Assembly: GCA_043780475.1 (NCBI GenBank)
Contig: JAYWCO010000451.1
Location: forward strand, 1-34,436
Direction: 5' to 3'
DNA length: 34,436 nucleotides
Source: Burkholderiales bacterium
Lineage (GTDB): Bacteria > Pseudomonadota > Gammaproteobacteria > Burkholderiales > Usitatibacteraceae
Position 1 is the stretch's first letter, and the number at the start of each line of letters is the position of its first letter. This document shows positions 25,497 through 34,315 of this stretch, piece after piece. The position numbers were made by a program, and so were the translations under genes. Below the pieces are notes generated by a model that saw nothing but the letters and a program-made list of their open reading frames with translations, was not told the DNA's origin and did not search any database.

Positions 25497-26013
25497 TTGG
25501 CGCCGACCGCGAAAGGCGAAAAAGTGTACGCGCTATTGCGCGAGACCTTGCGCAAAGAAAAGAAAATCGGCATCGCCTATGTGGTGATCGCGACCAAGCA
25601 GCATCTGGCTGCGTTGAAGCGCGTGTTCGATATCGACATCGAGCGCTGCCCGCACTGCGGCGGGCAACTGAAGCTCATCGCGGCCATTGAGGATGCGGCC
25701 GCCATCGCCCGCATCCTCACGCATCTGGGGCTGGCCGCGCAGCCGCCACCGCGCGCGCCGGCGAGACGGGTGGATCTGTTTCAGGCGGCGTGAGACGTAA
25801 AACTGGACTGGACTTTGACAGGGCTGGGGGAGGTGTGCGGACGGCGCTCGGGCAAACGCTCAGATGGAGTGGAATTCAGGCGCGCTGAGTGCGGAAATTG
25901 TCTGCGAGGTTAACTGAGCCATGGGCTTTTAGAGGTTGCGCGCGCGTTTGACCGCTCAACGATCATCGGATACATTCAGGATGCTTGAAAAGGGGCGTTT
26001 GAAATTCCTATAC
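25497..26013 (+). mobile_element. 5'-truncated IS91/ISCR-family element: transposase C-terminal stump (25497-25793) plus oriIS-like end
   Basis: ...LKRVFDIDIERCPHCGGQLKLIAAIEDAAAIARILTHLGLAAQPPPRAPARRVDLFQAA is the characteristic C-terminus of IS91-family rolling-circle transposases. GGCGTTTGAAATTCCTATAC at 25994-26013, about 200 bp after the stop, resembles the IS91/ISCR oriIS consensus as I recall it. Most of the transposase is missing. Confidence 0.75.
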
Positions 26014-26096
26014 GTCGTTCCGACTCAGCTATGCCACCAGGGAAAGCGAGCCAGCCGCCTCGCCCGCGCGCCGTCAAGGGTGGCTGCGAGAAACGC

Positions 26097-27395
26097 TCAG
26101 GGACCGCTGACCTGGATGGCCACCAGCTTGCCTGCGCCTTGTAAGAACAAGGGCCCGCTGTCGAATACACCCGCGGCCGCGCCGCACGAGACGTTGTACG
26201 TTGTCTGCACAGCAGGATTTACGATCGCATCGAGCGTGGCAAGGACCGTCGAACTGAGAGTGGTCGTATTGAATCCAGCGCCGGTTACCGTCGCGGATGG
26301 CACCGTGAAGTGTACAAGGTCGATCTGCGTGGCCGGAATGGACGAGGTATCGAGCAGATTGCATTGCGCCGAGTAGAGCGTGGGAATGGGCACCAAAGTC
26401 CCGTCAGCGAGCGTGATCGAGGACGGCGGCGTACTCGTGGCGACCTCCGTTCGGGTGTGCAGCGCGTAGCGGCCGGGCGGAAGAGTGATGCTGCTGCCCG
26501 TGGCGCTGAATGCCGCGCCGCCGCCGCCGCCCGTCCCCGCGGGGCCCTGCGCGCCAGTCGCGCCAGCAGGGCCGGCGACTCCTTGAGCTCCGTTCATGCC
26601 ATTTGTTCCGGAAACGCCGGGCGTTCCTGCGGGGCCCACAGCGCCCGTTTGTCCGGCCGGTCCCGCGGGGCCCGTTGCACCGGTCAGTCCGGCCGATCCC
26701 GCGGGGCCTGTCGCGCCTGTCAGTCCGGCAATTCCTGCGGGGCCTGTCGCGCCCGTCAGACCTGCGATTCCTGCGGGGCCCACCGCGCCCGTCAGTCCGG
26801 CGATTCCTGCGGAGCCTGTCGCGCCCTTCAGTCCGGCCGTCCCTGCGGGGCCTGTCGCGCCCTTCAGTCCGGCAGGTCCAACCGCGCCGGCGATTCCCTG
26901 CGGTCCCGGCGGGCCCGCCGATCCCGCAGGGCCCTGGGGTCCGGCGAGGTCGCCGATCTTGACGAAGAACGGTTCCGAACTAGCGGTCCCGTTGGCGACG
27001 ACGAGCTTGTGCGTACCCTCAACGCCTTCGTCGAGCGATGCAATGATTGACTCGTCCGTGCCCCCGCACGGCGATCCGGAGGAGGCGGCCAGCACCTGCT
27101 GGGTAATCAAAATCTCGCCGCCGAGAGCGACGCGCGGAGTCGACCCGAAACCATGGCCGCAAATCGTCATGACGCGATAGGTGGTGTCGGGGCAAACCCG
27201 CAAGACGCAAATCCCCGTGGCGCAATCCTTGGCCGGGTCAAAGTCGTGATTGCTCGCGGCCCTGAGGTTGGAGCAGGTCTGCGCCTGCGCAGCACCCGGG
27301 AGGCCAAAGGCAAAGAGGCCACAGACCGCAGTGACCGCGAGCGGAAGGAAGCGAAAACGGCGCTGCAGCACATTGAACTGGTTGATTTCACCCAT
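26097..27395 (-). CDS. Secreted collagen-like triple-helix repeat protein (432 aa)
   Basis: AGGAGG RBS 6 nt before ATG 27395 and a signal peptide ...GLPGAAQA|QT. A Cys-containing Ig/IPT-like N-domain is followed by about 55 uninterrupted Gly-X-Y triplets ([16 protein letters not shown]...[10 protein letters not shown]). The ~135-aa beta-rich C-terminal domain could be a C1q/BclA-like trimerisation domain (inference). Confidence 0.85.
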   Translation of the reverse strand: MGEINQFNVLQRRFRFLPLAVTAVCGLFAFGLPGAAQAQTCSNLRAASNHDFDPAKDCATGICVLRVCPDTTYRVMTICGHGFGSTPRVALGGEILITQQVLAASSGSPCGGTDESIIASLDEGVEGTHKLVVANGTASSEPFFVKIGDLAGPQGPAGSAGPPGPQGIAGAVGPAGLKGATGPAGTAGLKGATGSAGIAGLTGAVGPAGIAGLTGATGPAGIAGLTGATGPAGSAGLTGATGPAGPAGQTGAVGPAGTPGVSGTNGMNGAQGVAGPAGATGAQGPAGTGGGGGAAFSATGSSITLPPGRYALHTRTEVATSTPPSSITLADGTLVPIPTLYSAQCNLLDTSSIPATQIDLVHFTVPSATVTGAGFNTTTLSSTVLATLDAIVNPAVQTTYNVSCGAAAGVFDSGPLFLQGAGKLVAIQVSGP

Positions 27396-27493
27396 GGTGG
27401 ACCTCCTGTAAAAATGAGCCTGGAAGGTAGCGTATCGAGCCCTCGCTGTCAACTGGTCGAGCGGTCGTTCAGGTCACTGCACTCAACCATTGA

Positions 27494-27973
27494 GAAAGAG
27501 ATTATTTTCAGCGCGGAAACTCAACGCCCAGCCGTGCGGTGGTGCAAAGCGCGGGCCAAGGGTTTCGTTTAAAAGCGAAAGTTATACAAGACAAGTTTGC
27601 TGAATTCGGCCCAGCCACTCACTTATTGCTTCGATATACGCGGGCGTTGATCACACAAATGGCGCAGACAGCAGTCTGCAACCGCCATCATTCCCTTGAC
27701 AAGCAACTGTGTCGTTGGCTATTACTGAGTCTTGATCGCCTGTCGGGTAATGAGTTAGTGATGACCCAGGAATTGATTGCCAACATGCTCGGCGTTCGCC
27801 GAGAAGGCGTCACGGAAGCGGCCGCCAAGTTGCAGAAGGCTGGCTTAATTAGCTATACACGTGGGCGCATAGAGGTGCTGAATCGCGACGGGCTGGAGAA
27901 GCGGTCATGTGAGTGTTATGCAGTGGTCAAAGCAGAATACGACCGCTTGCTTCCGAATCAGATAGCCGTCTGA
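27494..27973 (+). pseudogene. Crp/Fnr-family regulator lacking most of its cNMP-binding domain
   Basis: The C-terminal HTH part is intact (LCRWLLLSLDRLSGNELVMTQELIANMLGVRREGVTEAAAKLQKAGLISYTRGRIEVL). Homology (..GNSTPSRAVVQSAGQGFRLKAKV..) runs up to an in-frame TGA at 27491. Only a GTG at 27539 is available as a start. Confidence 0.65.
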
Positions 27974-28146
27974 CTTATTGCCGGTCATCCATCACCGTGA
28001 CCATTTTTTTCAAAACTTGCACAATTAAGCAGAAGCTAAAATGAAATTTACAGAATCTTTCTGGGATATACAGTTTTTCTGTGTAGTCCTGCCTGTATGA
28101 GTAACATACGCCAGATGCTGAAATCTCATCAACCTATTGCTGCTAC

Positions 28147-28386
28147 GTGAGAGATAAGGGCGGTGCGTTTATGACCGCTAACACGATGCTGGATGCCAGA
28201 ACAGTTGAGTATCCAAAACGCGAAACGCTTGCTTCATATTGTGGTTTGCCTATTTTGGACAGCGAAGGCAGAATTCTTGGAACATTGTGTCACTACGATG
28301 TGATGCCGCGTGATCCCGAACAAATTGATTTATCACTAATGTTGTCGGTTGCCGTTACGCTGTTGAAAAGCCACTTCGTAGATTGA
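28147..28386 (+). pseudogene. C-terminal half of a small GAF-domain protein (probable stump)
   Basis: ...ASYCGLPILDSEGRILGTLCHYDVMPRDPEQIDLSLM resembles the end of stand-alone GAF proteins of about 160 aa. Upstream there are only short broken ORFs. Confidence 0.45.
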
Positions 28387-28454
28387 ATGAAGTACGCCGA
28401 AATTTTGGCAAAACTCTGATGCATGGTTGACTCCCGATGAGATTCACGCTCTCA

Positions 28455-31400
28455 TTACCTAAAATCCCGACTACTGGTTGCCAACGCCCCCAATAGCTTC
28501 GAGTGATCCACCAACATCCCCGCCATCACATACACCGTTGTCGCTTCACGCTCAATCGTGCCGTAAACCGTAAGCAAACGTGATTGCGTCAGCGCCACCC
28601 TGAAACGCTCCGCAATATTGCGCCACACTGTGATATTGATCAGACCATACTCATCTTCCAGCGTCACAAACACCGCCCCTGAAGCCGTATCAGGCCGCTG
28701 ACGATTTAACACCACACCGCTGGTTCGCATCAACTGCCCCTGACGTGCATACTGAATATCATCAGAGGATTTCAATCGCATCGCTTTCAGTTTGGGCCGC
28801 AACAACTTCAACGGATGGCTACGCAGCGTCAAGCCAACCCGGTTGTAATCCGCCAACACATCTTCACCCTCGGTAGGCGCCAGCAATGAAGGCTGTCGCG
28901 TGTCTTGTTCCGCGCGCTGTGCGCATTGTGAACCACGCAGCAACGGCGGTAATCGCTCTGTGCCAAGTGTTGCCCACATCGCGTCCCGCCGGTGTCCGGC
29001 CAGTGACCGAAACGCATCCGCTTCGGCTAGAGCATTCATATCTTTGGCGTTTAACTGTGCCCGCTCTCTCAGCTCATCAAGACTGAGGCACGGGTTGGCG
29101 CGACGTGCCTCGACCATTCTCATGCCCCCCTCTGCTGACAACCCAGCAATACTCTTTAATCCCAGTCGAATCGCTGCCTGGCCTTTTGTATCGGCCACCA
29201 GGGTGCTGTCGTAATCGCTCATCAGCACATCCACCGGATACACCTCCACCCCATGTCGTTGCACGTCGTACACAATCTGGGCGGGTGCATAAAAGCCCAT
29301 CGGCTGACTGTTCAGCAGGCCCGCCGCGAATGCAGCCGGCTCATAGCACTTCAGCCATGCCGTCACATAGGCCAGCATCGCGAAACTCGCAGCGTGACTT
29401 TCCGGAAACCCATAATCCCCAAATCCCTTCACCATCTCAAAAATCTGTTCCGCATAGCCTGCTGCATACCCGCGCGCGAGCATGCCCTCAACGAGCTTGT
29501 CGCGAAACGGCTCCAATCCGTCTTTACGTTTCCACGCCGCCATTGCTCGACGAAGTTGGTCGGCCTCGCCCGGTGTAAAGCCCGCCGCCTTGATCGCAAT
29601 GGCCATTACCTGTTCCTGGAAAATCGTCACCCCCAGGGTGCGCTCCAAAATATATTTGATGTCGTCCGATGGGTAAGTGACGGCTTCAGTCCCCGCACGC
29701 CGACGAAGATAGGGATGCACCATGCCGCCCTTGATCGGGCCGGGACGCACAATCGCAACCTGGATGACAATATCGTAGAAGGTGCGCGGGCGCAGGGTGG
29801 GCAAACGTGCCATTTGTGCGCGGCTCTCAACCTGAAATAAACCAATGGTGTCAGCTACGCACAGCATGTCATAGACCTTTGGGTCTTCCGGTGGCATATC
29901 TTGCACCCGCAGGTTCGTACCCCGATAGCCATTGACCAGGTCAATGGATTTGCGAATCGCGGTCATCACCCCCAGCGCCAACACATCCACCTTCATCAAG
30001 CCCAGCACATCGAGGTCGTATTTATCCCATTGGATTACGGTGCGGCCCTCCATGCGTGCGGGCTCTACGGGCACTAAGCGGGTGAGCTTGCGGTTATCCA
30101 GCACAAAGCCGCCGGCGTGTTGGCCCTGGTGGCGAGGGAATGAGCGAATATCATCTGCCAGTGCCATCAGCAGCTTTACCTTGGCGTTGTCCGCATCAAA
30201 GCCCGCTTCGCTCAGTCTATCGTCCGGAATACCCGACTCATAACGTAGCGTCATGGCGGCAGATAGTTTATCGGTCTGATCCATTGAGAACCCCAGTGCT
30301 TTGCCCACATCACGCATCGCGCCCTTGGCGTGATAGGTCGATACGGTAGCGGTAATCGCGGCGCGATCACGCCCGTATTTCTGGAATAGATATTGAATCA
30401 CTTCTTCGCGCCGCTCATGCTCAAAGTCCACATCAATATCCGGCGGCTCGTTGCGTTCGCGGCTGATAAACCGTTCAAACAAAACCTGCATGCGACCCGG
30501 ATCAACCTCGGTAATGCCCAAGCAATAACAGACGGCCGAGTTAGCGGCGGAGCCGCGACCCTGGCACATGATGCCTTGGTCACGGGCAAATTTAACGATG
30601 TCATAGACGGTCAGGAAATAGGCCTCGTATTGCATCTCCTGGATGAGCGCCAGCTCATATTCAATAATGCCGCGCACCTTCTCCGGCAAACCAGCGGGGT
30701 AGCGCATCTTCACGCCGTCATAGGTCAATCGCCGCAGATAGGACGTGGGTGACTCGCCCATGGGCACCACTTCTTCAGGATACTCATAGCGAATCTGACT
30801 TAAACAAAACACGCAGCGCTGCACAATCGCCAGCGTTTCAATTAACAAGTCAGGCGGATAAATATTACTTAAGCGGCCAATGGCGCGCAGATAACGCTCG
30901 CCGTTCGGATAAAGCGCGGCACGGCATTCGGCCACCGGTTTGCCGACCCGAATCGCGGTCAACACATTCTGCAGGGCCTGGCGCGGGCGGATATGCATAT
31001 GCACATCCCCCGCCGCAACCAGTTTCAAGCCATAGACGCGGGCGATTTCCCGTAGCCGCTGCAACCACCATTTATCATCCGCGCCACGGAGTAACTCCAC
31101 CGCGATCCAGCAACGTCCCGCAAAGTGTTGCGCCAGCCAGGTTGCTTGTTCGACATAGTCAGCACCGAGGACAGAGTCTTCTCTCGGACACCAGATCAGC
31201 AGACAATCATCAATGCTGTCTGGCAGATCAGGGCGGCTCAATTGATAAGCGCCTTTCTCAGCCCGGCTGCGGGCCAGGGTGATGAGTTCACACATATTGC
31301 CGTAGCCATTCAAATTGGTTGCCAGTAGCACTAGCTTTAAGCCGTCCAGCAGCGTGATTTCAGTGCCGATGATGAGCTTGATGTTTAAATCCCGTGCCTG

Positions 31401-31562
31401 CGCATAGGCACGCACTACGCCTGCCACTGAGCACTCATCGGTGATGGCAACCGCGTGATAACCCAGCTTTGATGCTTGCTTGACCATTTCTTCCGGATGC
31501 GAGGCACCACGCAAAAACGTGTAGTTGGTCAGGCAATGCAGCTCGGCGTAGTGAGGAAGCAT
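28455..31562 (-). CDS. dnaE2: Error-prone DNA polymerase III alpha-like subunit DnaE2 (ImuC), 1035 aa
   Basis: MLPHYAELHCLTNYTFLRGASHPEEMV PHP-domain N-terminus and full Pol III alpha architecture. Located downstream of imuA-imuB. Confidence 0.95.
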   Translation of the reverse strand: MLPHYAELHCLTNYTFLRGASHPEEMVKQASKLGYHAVAITDECSVAGVVRAYAQARDLNIKLIIGTEITLLDGLKLVLLATNLNGYGNMCELITLARSRAEKGAYQLSRPDLPDSIDDCLLIWCPREDSVLGADYVEQATWLAQHFAGRCWIAVELLRGADDKWWLQRLREIARVYGLKLVAAGDVHMHIRPRQALQNVLTAIRVGKPVAECRAALYPNGERYLRAIGRLSNIYPPDLLIETLAIVQRCVFCLSQIRYEYPEEVVPMGESPTSYLRRLTYDGVKMRYPAGLPEKVRGIIEYELALIQEMQYEAYFLTVYDIVKFARDQGIMCQGRGSAANSAVCYCLGITEVDPGRMQVLFERFISRERNEPPDIDVDFEHERREEVIQYLFQKYGRDRAAITATVSTYHAKGAMRDVGKALGFSMDQTDKLSAAMTLRYESGIPDDRLSEAGFDADNAKVKLLMALADDIRSFPRHQGQHAGGFVLDNRKLTRLVPVEPARMEGRTVIQWDKYDLDVLGLMKVDVLALGVMTAIRKSIDLVNGYRGTNLRVQDMPPEDPKVYDMLCVADTIGLFQVESRAQMARLPTLRPRTFYDIVIQVAIVRPGPIKGGMVHPYLRRRAGTEAVTYPSDDIKYILERTLGVTIFQEQVMAIAIKAAGFTPGEADQLRRAMAAWKRKDGLEPFRDKLVEGMLARGYAAGYAEQIFEMVKGFGDYGFPESHAASFAMLAYVTAWLKCYEPAAFAAGLLNSQPMGFYAPAQIVYDVQRHGVEVYPVDVLMSDYDSTLVADTKGQAAIRLGLKSIAGLSAEGGMRMVEARRANPCLSLDELRERAQLNAKDMNALAEADAFRSLAGHRRDAMWATLGTERLPPLLRGSQCAQRAEQDTRQPSLLAPTEGEDVLADYNRVGLTLRSHPLKLLRPKLKAMRLKSSDDIQYARQGQLMRTSGVVLNRQRPDTASGAVFVTLEDEYGLINITVWRNIAERFRVALTQSRLLTVYGTIEREATTVYVMAGMLVDHSKLLGALATSSRDFR

Positions 31563-31619
31563 GGGTTAATAATCGGTGTGGTGAATGCGAGCGTGGGGAT
31601 GAATAGGTGTAATCTGCGG

Positions 31620-33203
31620 TTACGCAAAGTAGCCGTGTAAATGCCAGCTATTGAGATCACGTAAATCCTGATACAGCCACATGGTTTCGTGGTGGGGATT
31701 ACGGCCCACGTAATAGTCACGCAGGGCCGGTTGTCCATCCCACCAACCGGTTTCAATGCGTTCTGGCCCGGCAATAATGTCAATGCGGCCATGGCAGAGT
31801 GGCACCCCGCCATCGAGCATAAGTTTGCGCGGTGTCGGCAGTAAAAATAGCGGACGTGGACGATTCAAAAAAACATCATTCGCAGTAGATGTCATGTTGG
31901 CTGTTGCGTTGGCTGTTGCGTTGGTTATTACGGGAGCCTTCATATTTGCGCTGCCCGCTTTTTTGCGCGCCCCTGATTTCCACGGGACTTGAGATTCAAT
32001 CGCCGTCGTCGATTGCCACGATTGTTCAGGCCGATGGTCTGCTACTGCTTGCAGTCGATAAACCCGGTCGCTACCCAAGCGCGCCGTAAGTTTATCGATG
32101 AGTTGAACCCAGCTATCGGACTGAACCTGCGGGTCGGGCAACCAACTATTACTCGCCTCAATGAATGGCAGCAATCGCTCTACCTCAATGGCCATAGCCA
32201 GTACCTTCGCCGGTAACTGCGCTTGGCTCAGCCGTTCGCGGGCAAGTGACAACAAGCGCTCGGCATGGCGTTCAGGTTTGGCTACCCCCACTGTTATGGT
32301 GGCCCGCTGTTTATTCGACAGCGTCAATACCAAACGATAACCTTGCACGCCCGCACCGCGCGCGCGCAGGAATCCTTCCATCTCAGTCAATAGTCGCTTA
32401 AGCGGAAACAGTAGCGCCATCGCATCGTTTACCTCAAACCCAAACTCAGTACGGGCGCGATATGTTTCAGGCATGGCAAAGCTGGCTCGTGGGTCCGGCA
32501 AGCGGCCGATGATGCGTTGCAGGTCGCTCCAACGTTCCGGCCCAAACCGTTTAGCAAATCCTTCCGAGGGCAACGCCAGACAGTCAGCAAACCGCACAAT
32601 CCCCAACCCGGATAGTTTGCTCAATACATCATGCGGCCAATCCAGTAACGCCAATGGCAAGTCGGCGAGTCGCGCCTCAATATCCGCCACCACCGTGCAC
32701 GCGCGTACCGGATAGCCGTGATGTCGTGCTTTGGCAAACAGCCATGCCGCCAGCGGGGTCGGTGCCACGCCGCAGGACACCTGATACCCCAGCTCATGGG
32801 TGCCACGCCGTAATTTGCCCAGCAATACCGATAAGCCGTCGTGCATCATCAAGGTACTGCTGATTTCCATCAAAATACCTTCATGCGCCTGGATGGAAAC
32901 CGACGGGGTGAACTGACATGCCCAGCACGCAAAGTTATGAACGGCTGCCGTTTCTTTGTTTATCTGGCGAGACACGATGGCCAAATCATTGGCCAAATCA
33001 TTGACCAAAACGCGCGAGGACGCGATGGTCATACCGACCTGGATACCGCATTCGAGTGCCGCACGATTGGCCGCATGGACTACAGGGCGATGATCGGGGC
33101 CGCTGGAAATAATGAGCGGGGCCGTATTACCGGATTCGGCTACGACCGCACGCTCGGCAATTTGCAGAGGCAATTCGGGTAAGTAAAGCGCGATCCAGAG
33201 CAT
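31620..33203 (-). CDS. imuB: ImuB, Y-family polymerase-like protein (527 aa)
   Basis: MLWIALYLPELPLQ... is a typical ImuB N-terminus. Position is between imuA and dnaE2. Confidence 0.9.
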   Translation of the reverse strand: MLWIALYLPELPLQIAERAVVAESGNTAPLIISSGPDHRPVVHAANRAALECGIQVGMTIASSRVLVNDLANDLAIVSRQINKETAAVHNFACWACQFTPSVSIQAHEGILMEISSTLMMHDGLSVLLGKLRRGTHELGYQVSCGVAPTPLAAWLFAKARHHGYPVRACTVVADIEARLADLPLALLDWPHDVLSKLSGLGIVRFADCLALPSEGFAKRFGPERWSDLQRIIGRLPDPRASFAMPETYRARTEFGFEVNDAMALLFPLKRLLTEMEGFLRARGAGVQGYRLVLTLSNKQRATITVGVAKPERHAERLLSLARERLSQAQLPAKVLAMAIEVERLLPFIEASNSWLPDPQVQSDSWVQLIDKLTARLGSDRVYRLQAVADHRPEQSWQSTTAIESQVPWKSGARKKAGSANMKAPVITNATANATANMTSTANDVFLNRPRPLFLLPTPRKLMLDGGVPLCHGRIDIIAGPERIETGWWDGQPALRDYYVGRNPHHETMWLYQDLRDLNSWHLHGYFA

Positions 33204-33219
33204 GACCAGTTCAACAAAA

Positions 33220-34116
33220 TTAGCGTGGCGCAGAGGATGCGCGGTGCGCCTGTTGGGTTGATACCGCTATGGTTGCAGTTGTTGCAATCGTTGCTATTGG
33301 TGTTGGCGCTGGCGCTAAGGTTTCGGGCGAGCGAGGTGGTGGTTGCAATGGTTGCAATGGGCGTAATGGGCGCAATGGATTGGGAGGGCGTTCGTTGGTT
33401 GCGTTGGTTGCATTGACTGCATTGGCGGTGTTGATAGGAGCAGTCTTATTCGCATGCACGGTATGTCGGCTACGTTGCGCCCAATGAGGGGGATAAACAT
33501 TGAGTGCAAGCGTGTCGGCCATTAGCGCCGCACGGCGCTTGACCAGATGGACGAGTGTTTCACCGCCTTGACCGGTCACCGTTAAGCGAGTGGGTGCGGG
33601 TGAAGCCTGCACACCGACTTGCAAGGGTCGATACAATACCAAGCTTGTACGACCAGTTTCAGCGGCGAGCTGCAAACGACGTAGCGCCTGATAATTCACA
33701 CCGCTGCGCGCCTGCATATTCCAGCCCACCACCATGCCACAGGCACCGGATCGCGCCGCCTGTTCCATCACCCATAACTGGTCAGCAACCTCGGCTCGCA
33801 CAATGATGACCTGCTGCAGGTTAATACCCTTGGCTTCCCACGCAAGGGGTAATGGAATATAGGGTGGAGCTACCAACACAATGCCGCGTCCTGACCGGCT
33901 GGTTTCTCGAAGTGCCGGCATCAGTATGGATAATTCGCCCACGCCTTGCTCATTACACAGCAATTCCGTGAGCGCGCCTTGCTCCCAACCCTGATCAGGC
34001 AGCGCCTCATCCAACGCGGCAAAGCCAGTCTTGATTACCGTCCGCGTGCGCGCCAGCACTTGGCCAATGCGCCAGATATCGGGTCGTTGCAGGAGCGTGT
34101 TGAGGGAGACGTTCAT
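33220..34116 (-). CDS. imuA: ImuA (RecA/SulA-like translesion synthesis protein) with a ~95-aa low-complexity C-terminal tail (298 aa)
   Basis: ...RPDIWRIGQ...GFAALDEALPDQGWEQGALTELL...GVGELSILMPAL is ImuA-type. It is the first gene of the cassette and is preceded by a LexA box. Confidence 0.85.
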   Translation of the reverse strand: MNVSLNTLLQRPDIWRIGQVLARTRTVIKTGFAALDEALPDQGWEQGALTELLCNEQGVGELSILMPALRETSRSGRGIVLVAPPYIPLPLAWEAKGINLQQVIIVRAEVADQLWVMEQAARSGACGMVVGWNMQARSGVNYQALRRLQLAAETGRTSLVLYRPLQVGVQASPAPTRLTVTGQGGETLVHLVKRRAALMADTLALNVYPPHWAQRSRHTVHANKTAPINTANAVNATNATNERPPNPLRPLRPLQPLQPPPRSPETLAPAPTPIATIATTATIAVSTQQAHRASSAPR

Positions 34117-34150
34117 TTCAAGGTGGCAATAAAATTGGGTAGGCTTAATA

Positions 34151-34170
34151 TACTGTATTTAAATACAGTT
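34151..34170. promoter_or_regulatory. LexA (SOS) box
   Basis: TACTGTATTTAAATACAGTT contains CTGT-N8-ACAG (34153-34168), a near-perfect match to the gamma/beta-proteobacterial SOS box. It lies 35 nt upstream of the imuA start and overlaps a possible TTGCTT-N17-TACAGT promoter on the minus strand. Confidence 0.85.
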
Positions 34171-34216
34171 ACGAAAGCAAGCGCTTCACCGCAACTCATA
34201 GCGGAAAATGCATTGA

Positions 34217-34315
34217 ATCTTGCTGCGAAACGCCAAGCTTTCGTTGATGAAAACTCAACCGAACCCGTTCTTCTGGGCACCGTTTGTGCTTTCCGGCACT
34301 AGCGCAACACCGTAA
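34217..34315 (+). pseudogene. C-terminal stump of a CHAT-domain protein
   Basis: The frame ending at TAA 34313-34315 reads ILLRNAKLSLMKTQPNPFFWAPFVLSGTSATP. (H)P(F/Y)(F/Y)WAPFVL(S/V)G is the characteristic CHAT C-terminus. An in-frame stop at 34214 and a frame change lie upstream. Confidence 0.4.

Noticed and set aside
25942-25953. 12-mer gcgcgtttgacc identical to 15161-15172, as a possible fourth repeat copy
   Set aside because: Similarity does not extend beyond the 12-mer, and the site lies inside the IS91 remnant. I cannot distinguish it from chance without a genome-wide count.
25936-27572. Many long plus-strand and alternate-frame ORFs (up to 246 aa) across the collagen-like gene
   Set aside because: High-GC, triplet-repeat DNA keeps all frames open. 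The products are Arg/Pro/Ser-rich junk. Only the minus-strand Gly-X-Y frame has an RBS, a signal peptide and domain structure.
14900-28450. Intact integrase, transposase, toxin-antitoxin, restriction-modification, reverse transcriptase or other defence genes in the accessory zone
   Set aside because: I looked for catalytic motifs in all track ORFs and in start-less frames. Only the IS91 C-terminal stump was found.
28829-33509. Numerous 60-195-aa ORFs inside dnaE2, imuB and imuA
   Set aside because: They are shadows of three well-supported long genes.
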